DNA of 64,000 nt, from NCBI GenBank assembly GCA_977020255.1, contig CDROCS010001143.1:1-64000 (forward strand). Reading direction: 5' to 3'. This DNA is from Obrimoposthia wandeli. Lineage: Eukaryota. Positions 10,867 to 19,960 of this stretch are shown here, piece by piece. A model generated the notes under the pieces. The model did not search any database. It was not told where the DNA came from and saw only the letters and a list, made by a program, of their open reading frames with translations. The position numbers and the translations under genes are program-made. Each line of letters starts with the position of its first letter. Position 1 is the stretch's first letter.

Positions 10867-11523
10867 GATGGCCTGCCAAAGAAAGATCAAGAGGCCTGGC
10901 ATGTAAAAAACGACAGTCGAGGCAGGCAGAAATCCACGTATGGTTATTCTGTGCATACTGGCGTAGATGAAGATGGTTTTATTCATAGCCAATGTGTCAC
11001 TGCAGGTAATGTTCATGATAGCCAAGAGCGGGATTCCTTGATACTTGGAGATGAAGCGAAGCTTTATGCGGATGCAGCTTATAGTTCTAAAGAGACGAGA
11101 GACACATTAGAAGAACTGGGTATCGAAGATCAAGTTCAGCGCAAAGGTTATCGAAACAGCTCACTGACAGAGCAAGATAAGGTTCGTAACGCCGAGATTG
11201 CAGTAACTAGAGCAGGTGGAGCGTCCATTTGCAGCGTACAAAACACATTATGGACTAACCCGTACTCGCTTTATGGTACTTGCTAAAAATGAGACTCTTT
11301 TTGGATTAGCAGCAATGGCAGCAAACATAAGAAAAGGCGCTAGACTTTTAATGTTGTATGGTTTGCCAGAAATAGAAACCACAGGACAAATGCCTCTAAT
11401 GTGGGAAATACTATGAGTTCAAAGGCGGTTAGACGAAAAATCCAAAATTTTCAAGAATTTAACCTGACTTTTTTACCAAACTGGAGCTAATCGAAAAAAG
11501 TTAGAACTTATACTGAGGTCTCA
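10861..11523 (+). mobile_element. 5'-truncated, frameshifted IS5-family remnant related to the element at 211-1407
   Basis: WHVKNDSRGRQKSTYGYSVHTGVDEDGFIHSQ identical to the first copy; frameshift near TRAGG/ERPF (~11220); right IR ttatactgaggtctca at 11508-11523. Confidence 0.85.
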
Positions 11524-11650
11524 CATTGTTTAGTAGGTATATATGAGCTAGGTTGCTCCTAATTCAACTTTATTGAATCTAGTTTTAACGCCATATTATT
11601 GAAAGCAGCCATCCTATCCTTTGGGTAAGCTATGCTGAGGCCTCTATAAA

Positions 11651-12541
11651 TTAAACTGATTGTTTCAATGTCTGCCTAGCTGCGCCTAAGACAATACGAC
11701 TGACCTCATCTATTGTTGTTGAAGTAAGCTCCCAAGTCTTCCAAAAAAGTTCAACTCTAAAAACATGCTGATCAAGTAATATTACTTCTTTATTATCTAT
11801 TTTTTCTTCTATTAAAAAGTGTGGCAATGGAGCCCACCCAATATTTTTTTGAACCATTTCTAAGATTCCTTTAGAGCTTGGTACAAAGTGACGTTTAACA
11901 CTTTCGGGCGATAAATTATATTTTTGTAACAGCGAATCTCCTGAATAATCTTCGTTTGAAAAATATATAACCGGAGCATCAGATAATGCTTTACTATTGA
12001 CTCCTTGTTTAAAATGCTGTTGATAGAATTCATTAGAACAAACAGGGAAGTACTCTAGAACTCCAAGGCTGTTACTTTTACAACCGGGAACAGCTTCGGG
12101 ATTAGGTGTGATTGCAGCAATAACAGTTCCATCCCTAAGCATTTTTTCAGTTGCGACTTTATTAGTACTGTGGATATCTAATAGCAAATCGGTTTCTCGG
12201 CCTATTACTATTATTGCATCTAAAAACCAAGATTTCAGAGAGTCGTAATTGGTTGCAATCGAAACTGTAGTTTTTCCATAGTTATCTTCTTCTGCTAATT
12301 GATTTAGCATTTCTTCTTGCAATAATGAGATTTTTCGTGCGAAAAGCATTATTTTCCCACCAATTGTTGTAAGTTTTGGTGGATTACTACGGATCAGAAT
12401 TGGGCTGCCTAACTGATTTTCTAGGGACTTAATACGCTGGGAAACAGCTCCAGTCGTTATAAATAATGTTTGTGAAGCAGCTTCAAACCCTCCTTTGTCA
12501 ACAATAGCAATTAACGTTAGCAGCTCTTGATGATTATACAT
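11651..12541 (-). CDS. ArgP/LysG-subfamily LysR regulator
   Basis: GAVSQRIKSLE...LIRSNPPKLT HTH and ATNYDSLKSWF (cf. AVNADSLATW of ArgP); divergent from the ABC operon. Confidence 0.85.
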   Translation of the reverse strand: MYNHQELLTLIAIVDKGGFEAASQTLFITTGAVSQRIKSLENQLGSPILIRSNPPKLTTIGGKIMLFARKISLLQEEMLNQLAEEDNYGKTTVSIATNYDSLKSWFLDAIIVIGRETDLLLDIHSTNKVATEKMLRDGTVIAAITPNPEAVPGCKSNSLGVLEYFPVCSNEFYQQHFKQGVNSKALSDAPVIYFSNEDYSGDSLLQKYNLSPESVKRHFVPSSKGILEMVQKNIGWAPLPHFLIEEKIDNKEVILLDQHVFRVELFWKTWELTSTTIDEVSRIVLGAARQTLKQSV

Positions 12542-12660
12542 AAACCCCTCTCTTTAGCTTTTCTAAACATTGTATAGTTATTTTAGTTTTTTTAAAATTC
12601 ATTTTTTATTTATGATAATCCTACATCACCGCTTTTGTGATGCTAAACATCGGGGATAGT

Positions 12661-13437
12661 ATGATTAATAAACTACCAGCACTTGAAATAAGAAATTTAC
12701 ATAAAAGTTATGGCAACGTAGAAGTTCTCAAAGGGATCGATATTTGCGCTAATAAAGGAGATGTCATTTCGTTGATTGGCTCGTCAGGCTCTGGAAAAAG
12801 TACTCTTTTACGATGCATTAATTTATTAGAAACACCCAATTCAGGCAGAATCATTGTCCGTGGCGAAGAAATTGCAATGAATAAAAATCGTCAAGGTATA
12901 TACGCTCCATTAAATATGCGTCAAGTTGAGCGTATGCGCTCACGGTTAGCCATGGTTTTTCAAGGTTTTCACCTTTGGCCTCATATGACGGTTTTAGAAA
13001 ACGTTATTGAAGGCCCAGTTCACGTACTAGGCGTACCTAAAAAGGAAGCGATAGAGCAAGCAGAGTCCATTCTAAAGAAAGTGGGTATATATGATCGTGC
13101 GCAGTACTATCCTAACCATATGTCCGGTGGTCAACAGCAAAGAGCAGCTATTGCCAGAGCGTTAGCTATGAATCCTGAAATCATACTGTTCGACGAGCCA
13201 ACATCTGCGCTTGATCCCGAATTAGTCTCTGAAGTATTGAAAGTGATGCACGATTTAGCAGAGGAAGGCAGAACAATGATTGTCGTTACACATGAAATGG
13301 CGTTTGCAAGAGAAGTTTCCACACAGGCTATTTTTCTTCATCAAGGGGTAATTGAAGAGCAAGGTTCCCCTGATGAATTGTTTTCAAACCCCAAATCTGA
13401 AAGATTTCGACAGTTTCTAGCAAGCTCCAATAGTTGA
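12661..13437 (+). CDS. Polar amino-acid ABC transporter ATPase (HisP/AotP type)
   Basis: [34 protein letters not shown]. Confidence 0.93.
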   Translation: MINKLPALEIRNLHKSYGNVEVLKGIDICANKGDVISLIGSSGSGKSTLLRCINLLETPNSGRIIVRGEEIAMNKNRQGIYAPLNMRQVERMRSRLAMVFQGFHLWPHMTVLENVIEGPVHVLGVPKKEAIEQAESILKKVGIYDRAQYYPNHMSGGQQQRAAIARALAMNPEIILFDEPTSALDPELVSEVLKVMHDLAEEGRTMIVVTHEMAFAREVSTQAIFLHQGVIEEQGSPDELFSNPKSERFRQFLASSNS

Positions 13438-13574
13438 TAGACCTTATTGAACCTGCTTGAAATATCGAATCGCTCGTTTATGTCTACCATTAATAATGCG
13501 CTTCAAAAATGTGGCTTCGGTTTTCGCAAGCCATTCACAAAACAGTCATCAATATGTATAAAACGGAGAATACT

Positions 13575-14345
13575 ATGTTTAAAAAAATAGCCATTCCAGC
13601 AATGACACTCATCACTTGCCTAACCCCGCACATTACCCAAGCATCCGATTTACTTCGAATCGGTGTTGAGGGGGCTTATCCTCCTTTTTCTGAGAAGAGC
13701 CCTAATGGAGAAATAATCGGTTTTGATGTAGATATTGCTTATGCCCTATGCGCTGAACTAAAACGAGAGTGCGTTATGGTTGAACAAAATTGGGACGGTA
13801 TGATTCCAGGGCTATTCGCCAAAAAATATGATGCCATTATCGCCTCGATGACGATAACTGAGCAGAGGCAAAAGAAAATCGATTTCTCAGAAAAATACTA
13901 TGCAACACCTGGTCGATTTGTATCGAAAAGCAATACGTTTTTGAATGACGACCCTGCCACGTTGGCTGGAAAAGTGATTGGCGTGCAATCATCAACGCCA
14001 CATGCCGACTATTTAAATTCAGTATATAAACAATCAAATATAAGACAATACAGCTCTCAAGAGGAAGTTTATTTAGACTTATCTGCTGGTCGACTGGATG
14101 CAATCCTCGCAGATGCGATCGCGCTCAATAGTGGTTTTTTAAAAACAGATAGTGGCAAGGGCTTTTCCTTTTTTGGTAAAGAACATACCGATAAAAAATT
14201 CTTTGGGGAAGGTTTAGGAATAGGCGTTCGCAAAGGTGACGAACTCAAAAATAAATTTAGCGACGCAATTAAAATCATACGCAAAAATGGTGTTTATCAG
14301 TCTATAAATGCTAAATATTTTGATATTGATATCTACGGAGAATAA
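13575..14345 (+). CDS. Basic amino-acid ABC substrate-binding protein (AotJ/ArgT/HisJ type)
   Basis: Signal peptide, LRIGVEGAYPPFS, IIGFDVDIA, WDGMIPGL, IIASMTITEQR; start at MFKK with GGAG upstream. Confidence 0.9.
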   Translation: MFKKIAIPAMTLITCLTPHITQASDLLRIGVEGAYPPFSEKSPNGEIIGFDVDIAYALCAELKRECVMVEQNWDGMIPGLFAKKYDAIIASMTITEQRQKKIDFSEKYYATPGRFVSKSNTFLNDDPATLAGKVIGVQSSTPHADYLNSVYKQSNIRQYSSQEEVYLDLSAGRLDAILADAIALNSGFLKTDSGKGFSFFGKEHTDKKFFGEGLGIGVRKGDELKNKFSDAIKIIRKNGVYQSINAKYFDIDIYGE

Positions 14346-14444
14346 AAAACCGTTTCCAGTAATCGTAGAACATTTATCTGATCCAGCAACAATATAAGCT
14401 TTACTTATTAAACATCTATTACGTGCTAATACGGAGCTAAGTAA

Positions 14445-15386
14445 ATGATTGAAAACATCAAAGTATATAATGAAGAAACCGTTTTAAAAAACATTGACCG
14501 AAGCAAGATAACGGATGTATTGAAAAAGGCCTTCAAAGGCCTTGCAGATGGCTCTACTGTTCAGCCAAAGCAGACACTAACAACAATGCCAAACCAGTCT
14601 GGGGATTGCATTTTTTACCCGGGTGTTATTCACGATTTGGACTTAATAGGCGTCAAACTTTCCCCTTATATAAAAGCTCGCAGCGATAACGGAGAAAGCC
14701 CCGTCACTGCATACACGTTGTTAATGTCAGCGACGACAGGCATTCCAACTCTGCTCTGCGACTCCTACGCTTTAACGACATTACGCACTGCGGCCACTAC
14801 TGCACTGGCTTTAGAATTATTAACCGATAAAAAAGCAAAAAACCTGTGCTTAATAGGCTCTGGTACTCTGGCAAAAGAGCACCTTGCTTTTGTAGAAGGT
14901 CAAAAAGATTGGCAAAAAATATCCGTTTGGTCTCCGTCATTAAAGGAGCAGCCTAAAAAAATTGATGATCTTCAAAGTGTATGCCAGCAACCTCTATCAA
15001 TAGCGTCATCCGCAAAATCAGCAGTGGAAGATGCTGATGTGATCATGCTTTGCACCTCATCTGCAACAGCTGTTATCGATTGTGAATGGCTAAAAGCAGA
15101 TGCAGTTGTGACATCAATCAGCACTAACGCCGTTAACGCTCATGAAATTTCTCCTGACGATCTCAACAATTTTTCGGTCTTCTGCGACTATAAAAAAACA
15201 GCACCGAGTACCGCTGGTGAAATGGTGCTTGCTATCGAATCTAATGATTGGAAAGAAGAAAAAATTATTGGGGATTTATCTGACTTAATCTCAGGAAATG
15301 TAGAGAAACCGAATACAGGTCGGCTTTATTTCCGATCGACAGGGTTAGGCCTAGAAGATTTAGCGATTGCCAGTCTTTTAATGTAA
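14445..15386 (+). CDS. Ornithine cyclodeaminase/mu-crystallin family imine reductase, DauB-like
   Basis: VKLSPYI, VTAYTLLMS, RTAATTA, LCTSSATAVID, VTSISTNA..AHE, CDY...P..AGEM, FRSTGLGLED closely follow P. aeruginosa DauB motifs as recalled. Confidence 0.75.
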   Translation: MIENIKVYNEETVLKNIDRSKITDVLKKAFKGLADGSTVQPKQTLTTMPNQSGDCIFYPGVIHDLDLIGVKLSPYIKARSDNGESPVTAYTLLMSATTGIPTLLCDSYALTTLRTAATTALALELLTDKKAKNLCLIGSGTLAKEHLAFVEGQKDWQKISVWSPSLKEQPKKIDDLQSVCQQPLSIASSAKSAVEDADVIMLCTSSATAVIDCEWLKADAVVTSISTNAVNAHEISPDDLNNFSVFCDYKKTAPSTAGEMVLAIESNDWKEEKIIGDLSDLISGNVEKPNTGRLYFRSTGLGLEDLAIASLLM

Positions 15387-15504
15387 TAAGCACCTTCAGT
15401 TACTGGTTTCAAACAATTTACACGTCCTCTTAAAGAGAACGTTCTCAATAGTTTTCCTAATCAGAAACGCAATAAACGCCTTAACTAAATATAGGAATAT
15501 CAGA

Positions 15505-16572
15505 ATGACTATCAATGCTTCTCAAATAAACACTCTGCGTGAGTTATCACAATGGCCACGCGCGTCATTGGCTCAACTTCCGACTCCAATGCATCGTTTG
15601 CCCAATTTTGCTTCCCATTTAGGAGGCTTAGACCTATGGGTAAAACGTGATGACTTAACAGGGTTAGCCGGTGGGGGCAATAAAACTCGAAAGCTCGAGT
15701 TTTTAATCGGCGAAGCAATTGACAAGGATTATGACGTGTTGGTCACTGTTGGAGCGATTCAATCGAATCATACACGCCAAACAGCAGCAGCAGCCGCTAA
15801 AATGGGGATGGAATGCGCACTAATGCATGCTGGTTGGACAGATCATAATGACAATTTCTATCGCAGTGCAGGTAATATTTTATACAGCAAGTTAATGGGA
15901 GCAGACTTATATGAGGATAAAGAAAAACGGCCAATAGAGGATGAAAGCCCACTGAACGGGTTAATTGATCACCTTAAAAATAAAGGGAAGAAACCCTATT
16001 TAATTCCCGGTGGCGCATCAGATCACCCTTTAGGCGGACTAGGTTACGTTGTTTGCGCCGCGGAAATTGTAGAACAAGCAGCAAAGGAGGGACAACAATA
16101 TGACTACGTTGTGCATTGTACCGGTAGTGGTAGCACACAAGCAGGACTACTAGCAGGATTCGCAGCGTTGAACGTAAAAACAAAAGTTGTTGGCATTCCT
16201 GATGATGATGAAACAGAAATAAAAAAGAAACGAGTTTTACGTATTGCCAATGATACTTTAAAAATATTGGGGAAACAGGAATCTATTACTGAAGATGATG
16301 TAGAAATCATAGTAGGCGACAAAGGCGTCTATGGTATCTCTGATGAAGATACCTTCAATGCTATTGAGCTGTTCGCTAGTAGCGAAGGTTTAATCGCGGA
16401 TCCGGTATACGAAGGTAAGGCTGTGAGAGGTATTATAAATCTAGCCAAAAGCGGTTACTTTGAAAAGAACAGTAAAGTCTTACTCATGCATTTAGGGGGA
16501 GAGCCAGCTACCCATGGCTACGCTAGCCAATATAGCCCGATTGAGTTCATGTCAGTTTCGACAAACAAATAA
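15505..16572 (+). CDS. PLP-dependent ACC deaminase/D-cysteine desulfhydrase family enzyme with ACC-deaminase diagnostic residues
   Basis: KRDD, GGNKTRKLE (PLP Lys), QSNHTRQ, DHPLGGLGY, DPVYEGK and HLGG. Confidence 0.85.
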   Translation: MTINASQINTLRELSQWPRASLAQLPTPMHRLPNFASHLGGLDLWVKRDDLTGLAGGGNKTRKLEFLIGEAIDKDYDVLVTVGAIQSNHTRQTAAAAAKMGMECALMHAGWTDHNDNFYRSAGNILYSKLMGADLYEDKEKRPIEDESPLNGLIDHLKNKGKKPYLIPGGASDHPLGGLGYVVCAAEIVEQAAKEGQQYDYVVHCTGSGSTQAGLLAGFAALNVKTKVVGIPDDDETEIKKKRVLRIANDTLKILGKQESITEDDVEIIVGDKGVYGISDEDTFNAIELFASSEGLIADPVYEGKAVRGIINLAKSGYFEKNSKVLLMHLGGEPATHGYASQYSPIEFMSVSTNK

Positions 16573-16824
16573 AAGATCAGCAATTTTTAGCTTTGCTTTA
16601 CAAAACATAAAAGCTATTTGCAGGTTTTTTATCTCTTAATTAAATTGTAAAACAATCGATTAAGCTTGCTTTCTCTATAAATTCGAATGCTTGGCGGGTA
16701 ATGAGGTGCCCGCTCTTATATTGCTTAATAGCTACGTTTCGTTTTGTTTTTTCAACTTATCAACCAACAGTTATTAGCACACAGAGAAAATTGATCGCTT
16801 GTTCCATATAAAAGGTGGGGTTCG

Positions 16825-17517
16825 ATGGAACAAATTTGGGAGTTTAGAGTACTACTTTTACAAGGCATTGGCTGGACAGTCTTACTTTCAGTTTGCGCTG
16901 TTTTATTAGCCGTTTTATTAGGTCTCTTGGGTGCATGGGGTAAGCTGAGTAAAAACACCACTGCCAATAGAATAACGAATAGTTACACCACATTAATAAG
17001 AGGGATACCCGATTTAGTGTTGATGTTATTACTTTTTTATGGAGGGCAACAAGTACTCAATGATATTGGTCAACGAACTGGTTTATGGTCCTATATAGAG
17101 ATTAATCAATTTTCGGCTGGCGCATTAACCATTGGATTTATCTTTGGTGCTTATATGACGGAGACTTTTCGGGGAGCGTATTTATCAATTCCTCGTGGGC
17201 AAATTGAAGCAGCCATTGCCTGTGGTATGACTAAATTATTAATATTCAGAAGAGTTCTGTGGCCTCTAATGGTCAAATTCGCTTTGCCTAGTTTTACAAA
17301 CAACTGGTTAGTCCTCATAAAAACTACCGCTCTTGTCTCTGTTTTAGGTTTGCAAGAACTAACCTATATTTCAAAAACAGTAGGTTTGAAATATCAAGCA
17401 CCTTTTACTTTTCTAGCATTTGCACTTATTGCTTATTTGCTAATAACTGCGCTTTCTGAAATAGGATTAAAGTGGTTAGCCAATAGATACAATGTTAACT
17501 CGATAAGGAAAATTTAA
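16825..17517 (+). CDS. Polar amino-acid ABC permease (HisQ type)
   Basis: YTTLIRGIPDLV, EAA-like GQIEAAIACGM, hydrophobic segments. Confidence 0.9.
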   Translation: MEQIWEFRVLLLQGIGWTVLLSVCAVLLAVLLGLLGAWGKLSKNTTANRITNSYTTLIRGIPDLVLMLLLFYGGQQVLNDIGQRTGLWSYIEINQFSAGALTIGFIFGAYMTETFRGAYLSIPRGQIEAAIACGMTKLLIFRRVLWPLMVKFALPSFTNNWLVLIKTTALVSVLGLQELTYISKTVGLKYQAPFTFLAFALIAYLLITALSEIGLKWLANRYNVNSIRKI

Positions 17518-18248
17518 TGGATAGTTTTAGCTTTCTAAATTGGGGTTTCATCAATTGGAACTTACCTCTTAATCACTGGAGCTTATTTGTATTAGGTACT
17601 TGGAATACAATCGCACTCACTTTGCTATCTTTAACTATAGGCTGGTTATTATCTGTCCCCATGTCTTTAGTAAGAGTGAATAAGCACCCTGTTTTCAATC
17701 GGCCGGTTTGGATTTTTACCTATTTTTTCCGAGGAACGCCACTGCTTATACAATTATTTTTAATCTATTATGGCGCGGGCCAGTTTGAAGTTGTTAGGCA
17801 AAGTATTTTTTGGGTAATACTTAAAGACCCTTGGTGGTGTGCACTTATTGCTTTTTCTTTAAACAGTGCCGCTTATCAAACAGAAATATTGAAAGGTGCT
17901 ATCCAAACAACAACACCTGGAGAAATTGAAGCAGCCAAGTCTTTAGGAATGAGCCAGAATAAACGTTTTTATCGAATTATATTACCCAGTTCCATTCGTC
18001 GCGCGCTTCCAATGTATTCTAATGAAATTATCTTTATGCTGCATGGCAGTGTCATTGCAAGTACCATCACCATTATAGATATATTAAAAGCGGGCCGAAT
18101 GGTAAACGGGCAATATTACGTCGCTTACGAGGGTTTTATTACAGCCGCAATTCTTTATATGGCACTGGTGTTTATTATTACCCGCCTATTAAAACGATTA
18201 GAGAATAGTTGGCTTATTCATTTAAGGCCAAGAGTGAACACTGATTAA
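17517..18248 (+). CDS. Polar amino-acid ABC permease (HisM type)
   Basis: FRGTPLLIQLF, GEIEAAKSLGMS; overlaps the previous stop by 1 nt. Confidence 0.9.
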   Translation: MDSFSFLNWGFINWNLPLNHWSLFVLGTWNTIALTLLSLTIGWLLSVPMSLVRVNKHPVFNRPVWIFTYFFRGTPLLIQLFLIYYGAGQFEVVRQSIFWVILKDPWWCALIAFSLNSAAYQTEILKGAIQTTTPGEIEAAKSLGMSQNKRFYRIILPSSIRRALPMYSNEIIFMLHGSVIASTITIIDILKAGRMVNGQYYVAYEGFITAAILYMALVFIITRLLKRLENSWLIHLRPRVNTD

Positions 18249-18268
18249 TATTAGAAGTCATAGTTTTT

Positions 18269-19309
18269 CCTGATTAGCCATGTTACTCCGCTATAGATAA
18301 CTGATCAAAAAAATCAGTACTATGTTTCTGTACAGTTATTTGTTTTGGAGGCTATTATGTCAATTAATCAGGTTCAATACCAAAAAGGCTTTAGCATGTT
18401 CGATTTAATCGAAAGCTATGGCACAGAAGAACAATGTGAAGCTGCATTATTTCAATGGAGATGGCCACAAGGTTTTATTTGTATCGTGTGTCAACATACA
18501 GGCTACTGTCGTTTAAAAAACCGTAAACTCTTTCAGTGTAATAAGTGCCATCAACAAACTTCTTTGACCAGTAACACTTTGTTTTCATGTACTAAATTAT
18601 CCCTTACCGTTTGGTTTATGGCAATGCATTTAATTACTCAATCTAAAACCAGCATTTCTGCTCTCGAGCTAAAGCGGCAGCTTGGGGTTAACTATAAAAC
18701 CGCATGGTCTATAAGGCATAAGCTACTTCAAGGGATGAAAGAGTTTAACGATAAAAACCCTATTGATGGGACGATACAGTTAGACGATGTTTACTGGGGT
18801 GGAGAGCATCGAGGTGGCAAGCGTGGACGAGGCTCAGAAAATAAAACGCCCTTTGTCGCAGCCGTATCAATCGACGAGAAAGGCCGCCCTATTCGCCTGA
18901 AAATGACAGTAGTTGATGGATTTAGAAAAAAGACCATCGAAGAATGGGCAAGGAAGCATTTAAAAGAGGGAAGTGAAGTTATATCAGACAAGCTAGCTTG
19001 TTTTACAGCGGTAACAGCAGCGGGGTGTGAGCATACCAGAATCAAATGCGGCGGCAATCTTGAACTGCTTGATAGTAAGGAGTTTAAATGGGTTAATACG
19101 ATGATTGGTAATGTGAAAACGGCTTTAACAGGAACCTGTCACTCTATTAATTCGAAACATTTACCTCGATATTTGGCTGAGTTTTGTTTTAGGTTTAATC
19201 ATCGCTTTAATCTTAGAAAACTACTGCCAATATTAGGTGAAATTATGACTAAAACTCCACCAATGCCGAAAAAATATTTGAAACTGGCGGAGTCATGTGG
19301 CTAATCAGG
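18269..19309 (+). mobile_element. IS1595-family insertion sequence
   Basis: Imperfect 23-bp IRs cctgattagccatgttactccgc / gcggagtcatgtggctaatcagg (CCTGATT end); flanks tagttttt and tagttgaa match only in part. Confidence 0.88.
18357..19304 (+). CDS. IS1595-family transposase
   Basis: Zn ribbon (CIVC..C..C), IQLDDVYWGG...GKRGRGSENK, ISD, YLAEFCFRFN. Confidence 0.93.
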   Translation: MSINQVQYQKGFSMFDLIESYGTEEQCEAALFQWRWPQGFICIVCQHTGYCRLKNRKLFQCNKCHQQTSLTSNTLFSCTKLSLTVWFMAMHLITQSKTSISALELKRQLGVNYKTAWSIRHKLLQGMKEFNDKNPIDGTIQLDDVYWGGEHRGGKRGRGSENKTPFVAAVSIDEKGRPIRLKMTVVDGFRKKTIEEWARKHLKEGSEVISDKLACFTAVTAAGCEHTRIKCGGNLELLDSKEFKWVNTMIGNVKTALTGTCHSINSKHLPRYLAEFCFRFNHRFNLRKLLPILGEIMTKTPPMPKKYLKLAESCG

Positions 19310-19338
19310 TAGTTGAATGTAAAGGAGGTGTTTAAAAA

Positions 19339-19367
19339 GAGGGGGAAACTCCCCCCCCCAAAAAAAT
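19339..19367. terminator. Probable terminator downstream of soxG
   Basis: G-rich/C-rich stem (gaggggg-aaact-ccccc) flanked by A/T runs. Confidence 0.45.
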
Positions 19368-19390
19368 AGCACAAAACAAGCCTTAATACT

Positions 19391-19960
19391 TTATAACTCT
19401 ACTGTTGAGTCCTTAAGCCAACCCCAAAAGAATCGAGTTTGAGTTCGGTCAACGTAGAGCTCAAATACTGATTCTTGTAAACGCACAATCATTACAGCTA
19501 TTCCCGCAGCCTTGGTAATGGTACAAGAGTTTATAGGAAACGATTTTAGCTCTAAATTAAGAGTGCATATTTTACTAAGTAAAAATTCGACCTTATCTCC
19601 TGTAATAGAATACACAGTTCTGCTATCAGTAATCATCGTAGCAAGCGCAGCTTTACCAGTAGTTAGCTGTTGTAACGTATATAAAATTTCAGTTTCTTTC
19701 CCTTCTGGTGTAACGAACAACCACTCATTCGGAGTTAGCCAATGGCAACGAAATTGCTCACCAATCACAATCCCGCCAGGCCCTGGAAGCGTAGACACCT
19801 TTTCTTCTACAGACATCCTAAATGCTCTGTCATCTTCTGGCGGTCCCTGCAAGCGAACCATTCCAAAAGACTTGCTCTGCTTAATAGTCATTCCATTAAG
19901 AGTGATTTCCACATCAGCAACTGCTCCTTCTAAGGCAGCTCGCGATACTAACTTATCCAT
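19391..19960 (-). CDS. soxG: Sarcosine oxidase gamma subunit
   Basis: WLTPNEWL, LLSKICTLNL, YVDRT; position after soxA. Confidence 0.85.
   Translation of the reverse strand: MDKLVSRAALEGAVADVEITLNGMTIKQSKSFGMVRLQGPPEDDRAFRMSVEEKVSTLPGPGGIVIGEQFRCHWLTPNEWLFVTPEGKETEILYTLQQLTTGKAALATMITDSRTVYSITGDKVEFLLSKICTLNLELKSFPINSCTITKAAGIAVMIVRLQESVFELYVDRTQTRFFWGWLKDSTVEL

Noticed and set aside
10267-11025. 252-aa ORF as an intact gene
   Set aside because: Its first ~55 aa are the antisense strand of the IS5 remnant; only the LysR effector domain is real.
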